DNA of 58,344 nucleotides, the filler included, from Sphacelaria rigidula (lineage: Eukaryota), in NCBI GenBank assembly GCA_964200075.2. It is 6 parts of 6 records of this genome, joined end to end, with 100 filler letters (N's around TTAATTAATTAA, not from the genome) between each part and the next. Parts side by side here need not be neighbours in the genome. Positions count along the whole stretch, not along the records: positions 9,743 to 19,384 come from CAXNAA020008052.1; positions 19,485 to 29,126 come from CAXNAA020008053.1; 4 more parts are not named here. One strand, given 5' to 3'. The translations under genes and the position numbers were made by a program. Below the pieces are notes generated by a model. The model searched no databases. It worked only from the letters and a program-made list of their open reading frames with translations, and had not been told where the DNA came from. The stretch's first letter is position 1, and each line of letters starts with the position of its first letter. This document shows, piece by piece, positions 11,950 through 23,000 of the stretch.

Positions 11950-13300
11950 AGGGTAATCGGGAGAGAAGATCAGCGTTCCCGTTGGTTTTGCCTGGACGGT
12001 GTTTAATGGTATACTGGTATGCTGTTAGAAACTCCAACCAGCATTGTACACGCGGTTTGTGTTCGCCGACTTTGGCGAGTTGCTCGAGTGCCCCATAATT
12101 CGTGTAGATTTCAAAGGGCACGTGAAACAGGTATTGTCGAAGGCGCTTAATGGCCCAGGCGATAACTCCACCTTCCAGTTCTAACGGGCTCCAGTTGGCC
12201 TCATTGGGCAAGGTGGCGCGACTGATGTAGAGGAGAGGTCAAACAGAGCGATCAGCCTGAGGTTGATTCAAAACTCCTCCCATCCGTCTGTGCTAGCGTC
12301 AGTGTGGAGTTGGAAAAGGCGAGAGCCATCTTGCACTGCCTCCCAATCAGGGAAGCAGAGGGCCGGTTTTTTGGCAAGCGTTTTTAGCAATTCGCGGGTG
12401 ATATTTTACATCTCGACGGTGAAGGAAAACACGGCTCCTTTCTTGAGTAGCTCGGTGAGGGGGCGTATCCGTTTGGATAAATTCGGCAAAAATTGGCGGT
12501 AATAAGATAGCTCGCCCAACAATGAGCGAAGTTGAGAGATGTTAGTTGACATCGGCAAGTCAGTCATAGCCCTGACTTTGTTCGTATCCGGATGTAGGCC
12601 TGCGAGCGAGATGGAGTGCCCCAAAAAATCCAAGCCAGTCGCACCACGGCCAGCTTTGGATGGGGACAGTTTCAAAACGTGAGTTCGCAGTCGAGAGAGA
12701 AATTGTCGTAGAGTGCGGACATGTGCAATAGGTGAGGGATCAAAAGCGATAGCGTCATCTAGGTACATTATGATGTGCTCGAGGCCCTCCGTAACGCGTT
12801 GTATTAAGCGTTGAAAGCACCCTGGAGCGGTGGCAGCGCCTTGTGGCATTCGAAGCCATTCATGAAGCCCGGACGAGCTACCAAAAAGCCGTAAGTGGGA
12901 CTGTGTCAGGGTGGATAGCATTATGGAAGAATCCAGAAGCGAGGTCGAAGGTGCTGAATATTCTTCCTTCACCTAAGGAGTCGAAGACTTCATCAATGCG
13001 GGGGATTGGAAGTTTACCAATCACGGTGACGCGGTTCAATCGTTGGTAATTTTTGGTGATGCATATGTTTCCATCCTTTTTAGGAACGACCACAAGTGGC
13101 GAGGTCCAAGGAGAGGAGGAATGTTATATTAGTCCTGCTCCCAAATACGCATCCAAGATGGCGTTAACCTCTTTGGTAAGAACTGGGTTCGTCCTGTATG
13201 GACGAGAAGAGATCGGCGTGACGCTGGGTCGGAGGGTAATCTCAAAGGGCAGCGTTTGCAGTGCCCAAGGTCCGTCTTGGATCGGGAAAATCGGTCTTGG
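11950..13300 (-). pseudogene. Gypsy reverse transcriptase and RNase H, frameshifted
   Basis: VVPKKDGNIC, PIPRIDEVFDSL, FSTFDLASGF, MPQGAATAPGCFQR, YLDD, DFLGHSI; RNase H LHTDAS, ELEGGVIAWAIKRLRQYL. Confidence 0.92.
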
Positions 13301-13792
13301 TACTGTAGCAGGACATCACTGAGGTCTCGGATGACTGCCGGTTCCCAGCCGGGCCCATGGAGGTCAAAGTTGATGTCGCGCATGTGTATCGGCAATTGGT
13401 GCCACATTTTCAGAAACTATTCCGAGAATCTGGTGATCAACGTTGAAGCACTTTATCGGGAGGATTGGAATTTGACTGGGCAGGGTCCACGGTGTGAACT
13501 TGGGGTGGAGTCGCGGAAGAAAGGTCGAAATAGGGTTCATCGACACAATGGACCGACTCCGTCGGAGATGTTGCGTTTGGCACAGTAAGCTCTGTTACGC
13601 ACGTTTCGAGTGGAATGTGCATCAGGGGAGCAGCGGCGATTCCTAAAATATCGTCGGGTTCAAAGTTAGCATGATCCGTAAGAGGGAGGAGTTGTTGTCC
13701 CGCCGAGACAAAATGTTCTGTGTCGGCTGGGGCGCCGATGTGGGGTAGCATTTCAGGTGCTGGCATGCCATTTCGGCGAACTAGTGCAACTT

Positions 13793-14395
13793 CTAGAAGT
13801 TGAGGGTCTTCAGAGAGTGTAATACCAATGCTACCATGATATCGTAGGTGGTAAGCAGCTCCGATCGCTTGAGTATTTTTTGGTGGGCCAGGGCGCCGTG
13901 GAGTGTACCATAGTGTTCAAGTCTGAATTCCCCACGAGGCTTGAAATGTGGTGATGGTGGTGGAAGCGTGCGGTAGGTTCGTTGATCAAACCGCATGTAG
14001 CTATCTCTGCCCAATAATATGGCATGATGCATGCTGCTATCGGGGACAAGGTATGCCCAGACGGCCAGGCTGGCAGAGCGAGTGGTGTTGTGAACAAATT
14101 GTACACTGAGACGTACGGATATTTGTGTCGTCAGGGGTGCAGTAGAATCACCAAAACCCCCCAATACTCGAGGTTGGGTGGAGGTTTCACAAGCTGCAGT
14201 AGCAGCGCCAGTTTGCTTCATGTGTTCCCATGTTGATTTTCGAATGAATGTCTGCGGGCTGCCGCTGTCCAACAAGGATACGCATTTCGTAGGCGTGGTG
14301 GCGTTGGGACCAGAGTGGATCGCGACACGTGTAGTAAAAGTGGCAGGATCCACAGACACTTTGCCACCGACAAGGCCCGGACCGTGTTCCGGCAA
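13793..14395 (-). pseudogene. Gypsy aspartic protease region
   Basis: LLDSGSPQTFI (D-S/T-G motif) and AILLGRD flap motif. Confidence 0.85.
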
Positions 14396-14557
14396 GGTAA
14401 ATTGGTCGGGATCGGCGTGGCTAACAGCAAAAACAGAAGGCGGTTGGTCCGCCGGTGGGTCAGATTTCTCACCAAAGAAGGGGGTGCACAGTTTATCATT
14501 TCCAGGTATGGCACGGTTAGGGTGACCGTTAGCGATTTCATAAATGATCGTCTTTGG

Positions 14558-16410
14558 TTAGCAGGGATCACCGTCTAATGCAGGTCCAGATTGTGTGTGC
14601 CTGGAGTCGTCCATTGAAAAAGAAGAGGCGTCAGAAATATCTGATTCCGTTTCTTCCGTGATATTTGATAGGGCCGTCGAGCTCAAAGCCGTCGCATTTT
14701 GGAAGGATTGAGGTCGAGGATTTCCGCTCGAAAGAGGTGTACGTAGTGATGCGCGCGTCCTTGGGGGCAGGCCTACGGGGCTTTCTCTTTCGCCGTGACA
14801 AAGGGCGGGGAACTTCCAAAGCATTTGGGGATGAGACCACAACTGCGTCCAGTCGGGTGGATGGGGTCAGCATCGGGGCATGATCGGGCGAAGCTTGTGG
14901 GCCGCTGGCCGTGGAGGGTTTCGCGGTCTGACCGCCGCGAGCGGTCGTGAGTGCTGCCGCAGGCACGGCGGTCTCAGAACAGACAGCGGTTGTGGCGGCG
15001 GCAGGGGCGGTCGACACCAAAGGGCCAGCCTTCCCGGCGGCCACGGGTGCAGTTGTGGCGCGCTTGGCAGGTCCAGGAGAAGCCGGAGTAGGGGTCGTTG
15101 CCGCCGGAGGCGTGACTGATGTCTGTTTGGACGGCATGATCTGTAGAAGGGAGTGTTGTAAGTCCGAGACCTGTTGTTGGAGCGTATGAATAGTGACGGC
15201 ATCGACAGCGGCGCGGGATGGGACATCGCGGTTAGATCGAGTTCGTGTTCGATGACGCTGGGGTGCATGAAAGGAATTGTCACTAGCTTTTTCAATCGAG
15301 GAAGCTGGGCCCGATGATAAATTGGAGAGATATCTCTGACATCTTTCATATGCACGGCGTCATTATGACGTGAGGGTTGTCGATGTTGCAAACGTCGGGT
15401 AGACAGAGCGCGACTACTTGTGTGACTGTGGCCGGATGATTGTCCAGAGCCACGCGAAGAGCGGTGGCCGTGGCCTGTACTGCCCCCATGGGAGTGGCTG
15501 TCATTGTCATATTTATTACATCCAGTTGAAGTAGAATGTTCTAGGGCACGAGCTCGGCGTCCGTAGGGAGCGGAGGATAGGCGAGAGTGATTTCCATTTC
15601 GGCTTCCTCGCGGAGACTGCGCAGATCGCGTAGGAGTCAAAGCGGTATCAGTGCGGGCTGCAGCAGTCGCGGTAGTGCGAGCGCCGCAGGCGACTTGCGC
15701 GTAAGAGGGGCGCGCCTGAGGCTGTGGCGTATCGCCGTAGAAAGTTTTAGGCGCTGTGAAAAGTTTTGCACCTGTATCGTCAGAGGAGCCAGGTGGAGAA
15801 TTGACAGAGTGTTGAAGAGCCGAAATCAGGGCCTCAGTCATGGTACCGGGACCAGATGGCGGGGTGTGGCGTGTTGGACTCTCAGATGTCATCAATTGAG
15901 GGCTACCAACACGAGCAGTGCCTGTAGACGGGTTTCGAGCTCCGGAAGCGGATCGCTTCGTTGCCGAACTGGAGTTATTACCGAAACCGCCGTCCGAGGC
16001 TCAACTGAAGGTGTCTCCTGAGCCACGAATCCTAGAACGGCATCCGTGGGAGCGTGCCTCAGCAAGGGAGGCGCATCGGCGCTAGCCGGCATCGAATCGT
16101 CACGGGATGGTACATCGTGGAACGGTATCGGAACTTCACGGGATGTTACATCGTGGATTATGGGGGTTGCAGTCGCAACCGCTGTAGAGCCGTCACGGGA
16201 TTTTACGTCGTGAGGCCTGCTCGTACTTGTAGACTGCTGGTCGTCAAGTCCCGTAGGTGGCGCAGTTCTCTTCAGTTGTTGTTGAAGAGCGGATGATGGA
16301 GCATCTTCCTTCCTACTGTGGCGGAAGCGATTCAAAGTTTGACTGCGTGTACGGCGGGACCGTTTGTCACCCGCTCCCGGGGAGGAAACGGGGCTGACGG
16401 GTTGCGACAT
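14558..16410 (-). pseudogene. Gypsy ORF1 (gag position), low-complexity and frameshifted
   Basis: Successive - strand ORFs 16410-15892, 15895-14867, 15137-14631 and 14842-14558 lie between the leader and the protease. The region is P/T/A/S-rich with two coiled-coil-like stretches; no CCHC knuckle was seen. Confidence 0.6.
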
Positions 16411-16584
16411 AATGGGGGAAGGAGGAGATAGGGAGATCGAACCTACGGTCCGACAAGTCTAGAACAGTAATAAGACGATTTGGCCCGATTTACGCAAGGT
16501 GCGCAATGGCAAGCAGGTAGGAGCAAGGACAGCCTGTTACCTGTACTACGAAGGACCTGTAGTTTCTGCGACCAGGCAATGTAG

Positions 16585-17338
16585 TGCCGGAAAAGACAGA
16601 AACAATAACATCTGTACTCAGTCGATGCTGTCCTATGGCGGAACGTCGAACAAGTCAAAACAAGGGCAGCCTATTGTCGGTACTCTGAAAGACCTGTGGC
16701 GGTAAAGACGGAAAAATAATATCTGTACTCAATCAACGCTGTGCCACGGCGTCAAGTCAAACAGGTAGAAATGAGGGCAGCCCACTGTCGGTACTCTGGA
16801 AGACCTATGCTGGTGAAGACAGAAACAATATTTTCTGCACGCAGTCAATGCCGTGCCGCGGCGCGATGTCAAACAGGGAGAAACAATGGCGACCTACTAT
16901 TTGTACCAAATGACCTGTGGCGGTAAAGACGGAAAAATAATATCTGTACGCAATCAGCGCCGTGCCACGGCGTCAAGTCAAACAGGCAGAAACGAGGGCA
17001 ACCTATTGTCGGTACTCTGAAAGACCTGTGCCGGTGAAGACAGAAACAATATTTTCTGCACGCAGTCAAATGCTGTGTGCCGCGGCGCGATGTCAAACAG
17101 GGAGAAACAATGGCGGCCTACTATTTGTACCAAATGACCTGTGGCGGTAAAGACGGAAAAATAATGTCTGTACGCAATCAGCGCCGTGCCACGGCGTAAA
17201 GTCAAACAGGCAGAAACGAGGGCAACCTATTGTCGGTACTCTGAAAGACCTGTGCCGGTGAAGACAGAAACAATATCTTCTGCACGCAGTCAAATGCTGT
17301 GTGCCGCGGCGCGATGTCAAACAGGGAGAAACAAGGGC
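16585..17338. repeat. Tandem array of ~111-bp monomers arranged as ~221-224-bp dimers in the Gypsy 5' leader
   Basis: GACCTGTGGCGGTAAAGACGGAAAAATAAT at 16691, 16912 and 17136 alternates with GACCT(G/A)TGC.GGTGAAGACAGAAACAATA at 16802, 17023 and 17247. Confidence 0.92.
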
Positions 17339-18240
17339 GCTTTCGGTCTGAACGCGGGAAGACAATGCGCCAGTGGGGGCAAAGAAGGTCGTTGTATGAC
17401 GAAAATATATAGCTGTAGAGCAATTGGGTTCTAACGGTAGCGCTTCTACTAGTACGGTGTTGCGCAATGATGTGCGAGTACACTAAAAATGGGGCAACAG
17501 AAGTACAGAAAAAATGACGGGTATTGGAAGGCGGTCAAGATGCCAAAACGGATACGCGTCCATTGTAAAGATGTCCGTGGGCACCGGATGGCTTTCGCAT
17601 GGGTGTTCACGCAAACAACTCGTGAACAAAAGGTGCGGTGGGCCGTGTACAGTTGGTGCTGCAAAGCGAAATGTGGCCTGGCGAGAGTCCAGGTCAAATA
17701 CAGCAGCTGGCTATGAGCAGCGATGCACTTGGTGCAGCGTTTTCTGCCACAACCTGTGGCAGAAAGTTTGTGCTGCCTAAAATAGAAAAGGGGCGGGGCA
17801 ACAAAGCTAAAGACGCGCGCCAGTAAAGGCGGGGCGCGTAGCCGTTCTATATGAACAAACAGGGAAGGGTGCCTGTGCAGATATAATAGGAGAAGCAGGA
17901 AAGTGCAGATGTGTACCAAAATATGTGCGCAAGTCGTGTAAACGACTGTTGCAGCAAACCGCTAGTCGCAAAAAGCTGCAAGGCACAGGTACAATATACG
18001 GTACACACACGGAGAAAAGCTTATGCAGTAGCTAAGAACTGACTATGAAGCAAGCAGAGGCAGCTAGCTCCAGGGGCGCTACAAATAGGTTTGACTACTA
18101 CTAGCGAAAATCCAAGAAAAAGAGAGAACGACAGTACCTGTAAATGCAACCAAAGACTGCTACGGGGACATGATGCGATGCGATAAAAACAGAGACTACT
18201 CTGTTGTAAAAAGGGAAACACAACCGCAAGGGAAGAGATT

Positions 18241-18256
18241 CCTTAGTCGAACGCCA
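18241..18256 (-). promoter_or_regulatory. Primer binding site TGGCGTTCGACTAAGG
   Basis: Begins with TGG (complement of tRNA CCA) one base after the LTR's CA end. The primer tRNA was not identified. Confidence 0.7.
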
Positions 18257-18257
18257 A

Positions 18258-18705
18258 TGTTAAGAGGTTAGGCCGGATGTATAGGGAACACGAGTCGCTA
18301 TGCAATACTCATTCAGTAGACAAGACAAGAGCCCGACAACGGGCTGGAGCAGTCAGCAGAGTGCACGAGGCTGTAACTTTTGTTGATGTGTCCAAGGTAT
18401 TCTTTTGATCTCGCGTGTAGGCTTAGTATATCTCTTCGTTAAATGCTTGGTCTCAACCTTCTGCTTATCCAATCTCTCACGTTCACTCAATATTTTCACC
18501 GATGCTTAGCTTCCTTGCAGAGAGCTTGGGTGGGAAGTAGTAGTGCGGAACGATGGGCAGCGCTCGGGGGGGGTCGACAGACAGGCACCTCCTCGCTTTA
18601 TTCCCGTTCATACTCGTATTGACCAACTCTGAACAGACCTGCAGTTTTAAAGATATCCTGAGCCAAAAGTGTCTAGACTCATTGACGGGTCTGAGCGTGA
18701 TAACA
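18258..18705 (-). repeat. Putative 5' LTR (448 bp) of the Gypsy element
   Basis: TGTTA...TAACA termini with an adjacent PBS. The distal boundary is unconfirmed because the second LTR is absent. Confidence 0.65.
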
Positions 18706-19104
18706 GGCTAATATGCTAGACTAATATGCTCCTTCATGACAGTAGTTTTGGTGACGTCCTTCTACCGATATTAACTTACAGTGCACTGTTGCAGACTTCA
18801 CAGGTGAATATTTTGGCGATTGCGTCACCTGCGGTTCGCCCAGATGTCGTGGATTTTCATCATTTCGCCGCGCCAGATTATATGTGAAAATGTATCAGAT
18901 CCTGCATCATGTTAAAATGTCCCAGACCCTGGACGAAGATTCTACAGTCGGTACGAACACGGTGTCAGAAGTGTACTGCACAAAATATAGAATACTTTGC
19001 CGACTGTAATTTGTGTAATACTCGTACCTCAAGTCGGTAACTGGAACGCTACACTTCGAGACAACAGCAGTGTGTAAAAATATCTAGGGTATCAAATGCT
19101 ATAG

Positions 19105-19200
19105 GCGGCTTTCGCTCAAGATACAGGCAGCCATGACAGCAGCGGAGGTGGTATTTCACTCCTGCGTGCGCAACCTGAGGCAAACGCACGCTGTAGCTAC
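19105..19200. repeat. Dispersed repeat; inverted copy at ~41020-41105 and a shorter match at ~30035-30065
   Basis: CGCTCAAGATACAGGCAG..GCAGCGGAGG..GCGTGCGCAACCTGAGGCAAAC matches the reverse complement of 41020-41105. Confidence 0.65.
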
Positions 19201-19384
19201 AACACGAAGAGCTATAAAAATGATATCCCGCGTGCACGTTGACCGCAGCACAAACGGTTGCGTGGATGATGTGGCGAACTGCATAGGACAGCGCGAAATC
19301 AATGCAGCACAGAGGTAGGCTGAGGATGTGGCGTTCTGTGGTGTGCTTTGTCACCCTGCACCCTGCCGCTGTGCAGTGAGCAGG

Positions 19385-19484
19385 NNNNNNNNNNNNNNNN
19401 NNNNNNNNNNNNNNNNNNNNNNNNNNNNTTAATTAATTAANNNNNNNNNNNNNNNNNNNNNNNNNNNNNNNNNNNNNNNNNNNN
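19385..19484. other. Artificial contig linker
   Basis: N44-TTAATTAATTAA-N44. Confidence 0.98.
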
Positions 19485-19815
19485 AAAGGGATGCGTGGTC
19501 AATGGTCAAATGACTAAGGCAAGCAACAAATGAGTACGCCCCCCCCCCCTCCTTCCTCGGGATGAGGAGGTGCTCTCTCAAGGGATCAATCCATCTCCAT
19601 TTCCCCTCGGTATACGCCTTGCATATTGGTCCCGCGGATTGGGTCAGCACTCTCGCACCGCGTCAACTCTCGTCAAACAAGCGCAGTCAACTACTTACTG
19701 TTTACTCATGTACTCGAGCTTTCGACGGTGGAAATCAGATACTTCAAAGAAAATATCGAATGCATATTGGGAATCGAACCCACGCTCTCTCTACCCTAAT
19801 GGCGCATGGTCCAAC
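19485..19815 (-). mobile_element. tRNA-derived SINE (copy 2)
   Basis: Reverse complement of the 4752-5040 element (CGCGGATTGGGTCAGCACTC.CGCACCGCGTCAACTCTC shared). The B box appears as GGGAATCGAACCC near 19770. Confidence 0.75.
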
Positions 19816-20049
19816 GGAAGCGTCGCACCTCACGGTGAAGATCCCGACGAGACAAATGATGTTGAGAACCGTTCGTTGATCAGATGTAGCGCTTTGTTCC
19901 CTGATGGAAATAAGTAGCTTCGTTCCGTCTCCCGATAGGGCCCATGTCGGCTATGAAACCTCCACTGAAACTCTTCTAGTACAAGCACCCGACTCTATTG
20001 ATCGATTTATTGATTGGTTGATTGTCTATAGGCACTCGAAATAACACAC

Positions 20050-23000
20050 CTGCACGGTGGTGTTGACAGCGGAGAGCGTGGACAAGGCACGACACGCGTG
20101 TGCGATCACCACTAAACTATCAGCCATCATTAGAGTGGAACACAGAGGCCCGCCCACAGTCGTCACGAGGCGTTCCAGCAACGGTTGACACAGCTGAAGG
20201 CTGGCTTCTTCGTTCTCCGGCTCATCAAACCTGCGATCAAACACGTGATTGTGCAAGTCGGCGTGTTTCGGACGACCAACATGATCAGCACGTTCAACAT
20301 CGCTGTGTGCTGTCTATCGCTTTTGCTTCACCGCAGGTGACAATAGTGCTAACCCTCACACTCGACGAAAACTGTCCATAACAGCTCGAAGAAGCGGGGT
20401 GGAACCCCCCCGGTGTCAAACCATTGTTCTGACCTCGCAATGGCCCCCGTCTCAGTCGTACACAGTATAAGACGTGAAAGGACAGACCTTACGAATGGAT
20501 CGCGTTCGCTAGCGGGTACGGGGCACACGCTGGCGATAAGCACCGCAGCGGAACTCACGGTCCTCTCCAAGTACTGGCGCATTGACGCATCGCCTCCAAT
20601 CGACCCAGCTCGCGAAGGCATTTGCGCAACGCACGCTACTTCATTGATCGCTGACGTTGAGATAAGACTATCTGCAACTCGTTTTAGTGCGCCGTGTCGT
20701 GCCACCATGTTCTTTTGTTCGTTGCCGAACTCCTCGCCCGTTCGCTTCTCCTCATCTTTACCCCAAGACGCTCCTTCTATCTCTGCCACGTCGGTAGTCG
20801 CCAGAAACGCCAACGCGCGGCATGCCAGCTGAACACTACGAAACACTAGCGGATACCCAACTCCTGGCGCCAAATTTCCCACTGAAATGTCTGCATAAGC
20901 TATCTGGATCGAGTAACATAGGTAGCGCAATATCCGTCCCGAAAAAAACACGGGATGCGGACCGGCGAGGACAACAAGCCCATGCATCGCCACGGTTCCC
21001 AGGCAGGCGTGCCTCTGCTTCAGACTAAAGAAGTGAGGTCCATCTGGTGTCCCGCGCAACCCGCTTCCGTCACCACCGCCCACCTTCTTTGCAATCAAAA
21101 TCATTTCTTCGCTTTCTCTGTCATCATCATCAGGAGCCATAAAGCGCAACACGGGCTCTAAAAACTTCATCCGCACGAGAGCACGGACGGACTCCAGCGG
21201 CGCCGGCGGGGTAGCGTCGAGTGCATCCACCAAATCGACGTACAGTTTGCCTTCCAAGTCTAAAGGGTGCGGTCTCGGCGGGCCTGATGGACCGACCCCG
21301 CCGGCCCCCGGGATTCGCAACCGTGTATTGTCTGCGCCAGACGTGGTGCACGTTGCCTCCTCTGGGTTGTTGTGTCGCGCAAGGGCTACCGTGCACACCA
21401 GCCCCCTGAGGAAGGTCTTGCTGTCCCGTGCGTGGCGGCCGGAGATGATCGGCCTCAGCATCGCTGCCCCGTCGGTGGCCTCGATCCCGTATCGCCCTTT
21501 TTCATGAGCAGTAGAGGTGCAACATGTTGCAAGGATAGAGCCGAGAGTAATGGAAGGTGCGGTGGGCGAGGAACTGGCACTTAGCGCGCAGGTACTCGCG
21601 TACACGATCAAGTATACTTTGAACTGCCGCTGCACCCTGCTGGTCTAATGACCCGTTTAGGAGGGACTTGCGCATTTGAATCCCGGAACATACGGAGTTT
21701 TTGTGACGACCACCTCACTTACGTCGTTGAAATTGTGAGGGCGTGGGCAGCGAAGAATAGTTGACGAACGTCGGGGGGCGCGAAAGCGCTGATTCAATCT
21801 GCGATACCAAACAGTCAGGTGCGTACTGGGAGAGACGTGGGCCAACCCTTCCAGACTGCGGGTTCGTCCACAAGAAGAGGAGGAGCTAAAAAACATATGA
21901 TGGGAAAAAAAGAAGATGAGCATATGTGAAATGAGAACGGGCGGGCTGACAAGCCAAAGCATGAGACATTGTGTGGGCACGGCAAGCACTAATAACGGGC
22001 GCAGACCCCTACTCCCAGCAGCTCTAAGGTAGTATTACCCTTGCGTGTTTTGTTTCGAAGGGCGTCACGAATGCGGCACGGTGCCACGTGAGGACACGAC
22101 ACTTTGAAGATATTTTGTTGAATCCATCGACTCTGGTTCGTTGTGAGTTTCGAAACTATGCACCTCCGTCGCACCTTCTTGCCGTGAGCACAGCTGCAGG
22201 AACAGAGCCAGAGACATATCTGGAACGATCTCCTCCCTGCTTTGGATGCCTTCGATCAGTCGCTCGAGTGCCCGTCCAGCGTACGCCAGCATTTCCTCAA
22301 GCACACTGTGATAGCAAACGGTGCTTGCCAGCTTTTGTTCATTGCGGTGGGGAAGAAGGTTCCCAGAGTACAGTAGCCATGGCCGAGACAAAATAGAAGC
22401 ACGTCTCAGCTGGCGGGTGCCGGGCAACACAAACCGACAAACATTCCATGGATTTCAACGACGAACGAAGGTTGTTCAAACTATTGGAAGAAAGAAAGAA
22501 AGAGAGTTGGGGGGCGTACTGGCCTGTGTCATTCGACCATTGGCCACGCATCCCTTTTGAGACGGAGCACCATCCCCAGTCCTAGTAGAGGCACCTCCAA
22601 TATTCGGGCGCCCATCACATTTTTTCCATACATCACGTACGAACCCTTGATTTATCATTATTGTTCGGGGAAATGTATCCCGTATATAGGGCAGTATTGG
22701 CCAATAAGGGTGTGCGGGTGTGTATGTGACCATAGGAAAGTGGATATCCCTTCGGCTGTCATTCTGATTGACGGTGCGACGACTGAGGCAGCTCCTTCGC
22801 GACGGTGTCTCTTCCTCTTCGTCCTCGACGGCGTCTACGTACCTAAACCCGCCAACTCAAAGCTCTTGTCGTGCTGGATGATACAGCGGCAGCACACTAA
22901 CCAGCGACAAATATGTGCTTCTTGTCTCAAGCAGTATTTGCTCTACGGAAGAGAACAGTGAGCGTACGTACCTTTCCCAGTATGACGACACCGGCTAGGT

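Larger units (their letters stand above)
9743..18705 (-). mobile_element. Degenerate Ty3/Gypsy LTR retrotransposon (5' LTR, PBS, long leader, ORF1, PR-RT-RH-INT); 3' end lies off the contig
   Basis: Domain order PR, RT, RNase H, integrase is diagnostic of Gypsy. Multiple frameshifts and stops. Confidence 0.95.

Noticed and set aside
17449..18221. Extra env-like or antisense ORF in the Gypsy leader
   Set aside because: The ORFs are short, overlapping and compositionally biased, with no domain signature.
7845..18705. Gypsy element inserted in a PP2C intron
   Set aside because: The two lie on different contigs joined by an artificial linker.
22731..22842. Acidic - strand exon (YVDAVEDEEEETPSRR) of the ARM-like gene
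   Set aside because: Its start phase does not fit the upstream exon, and the flanking exons already join in phase 0 without it.
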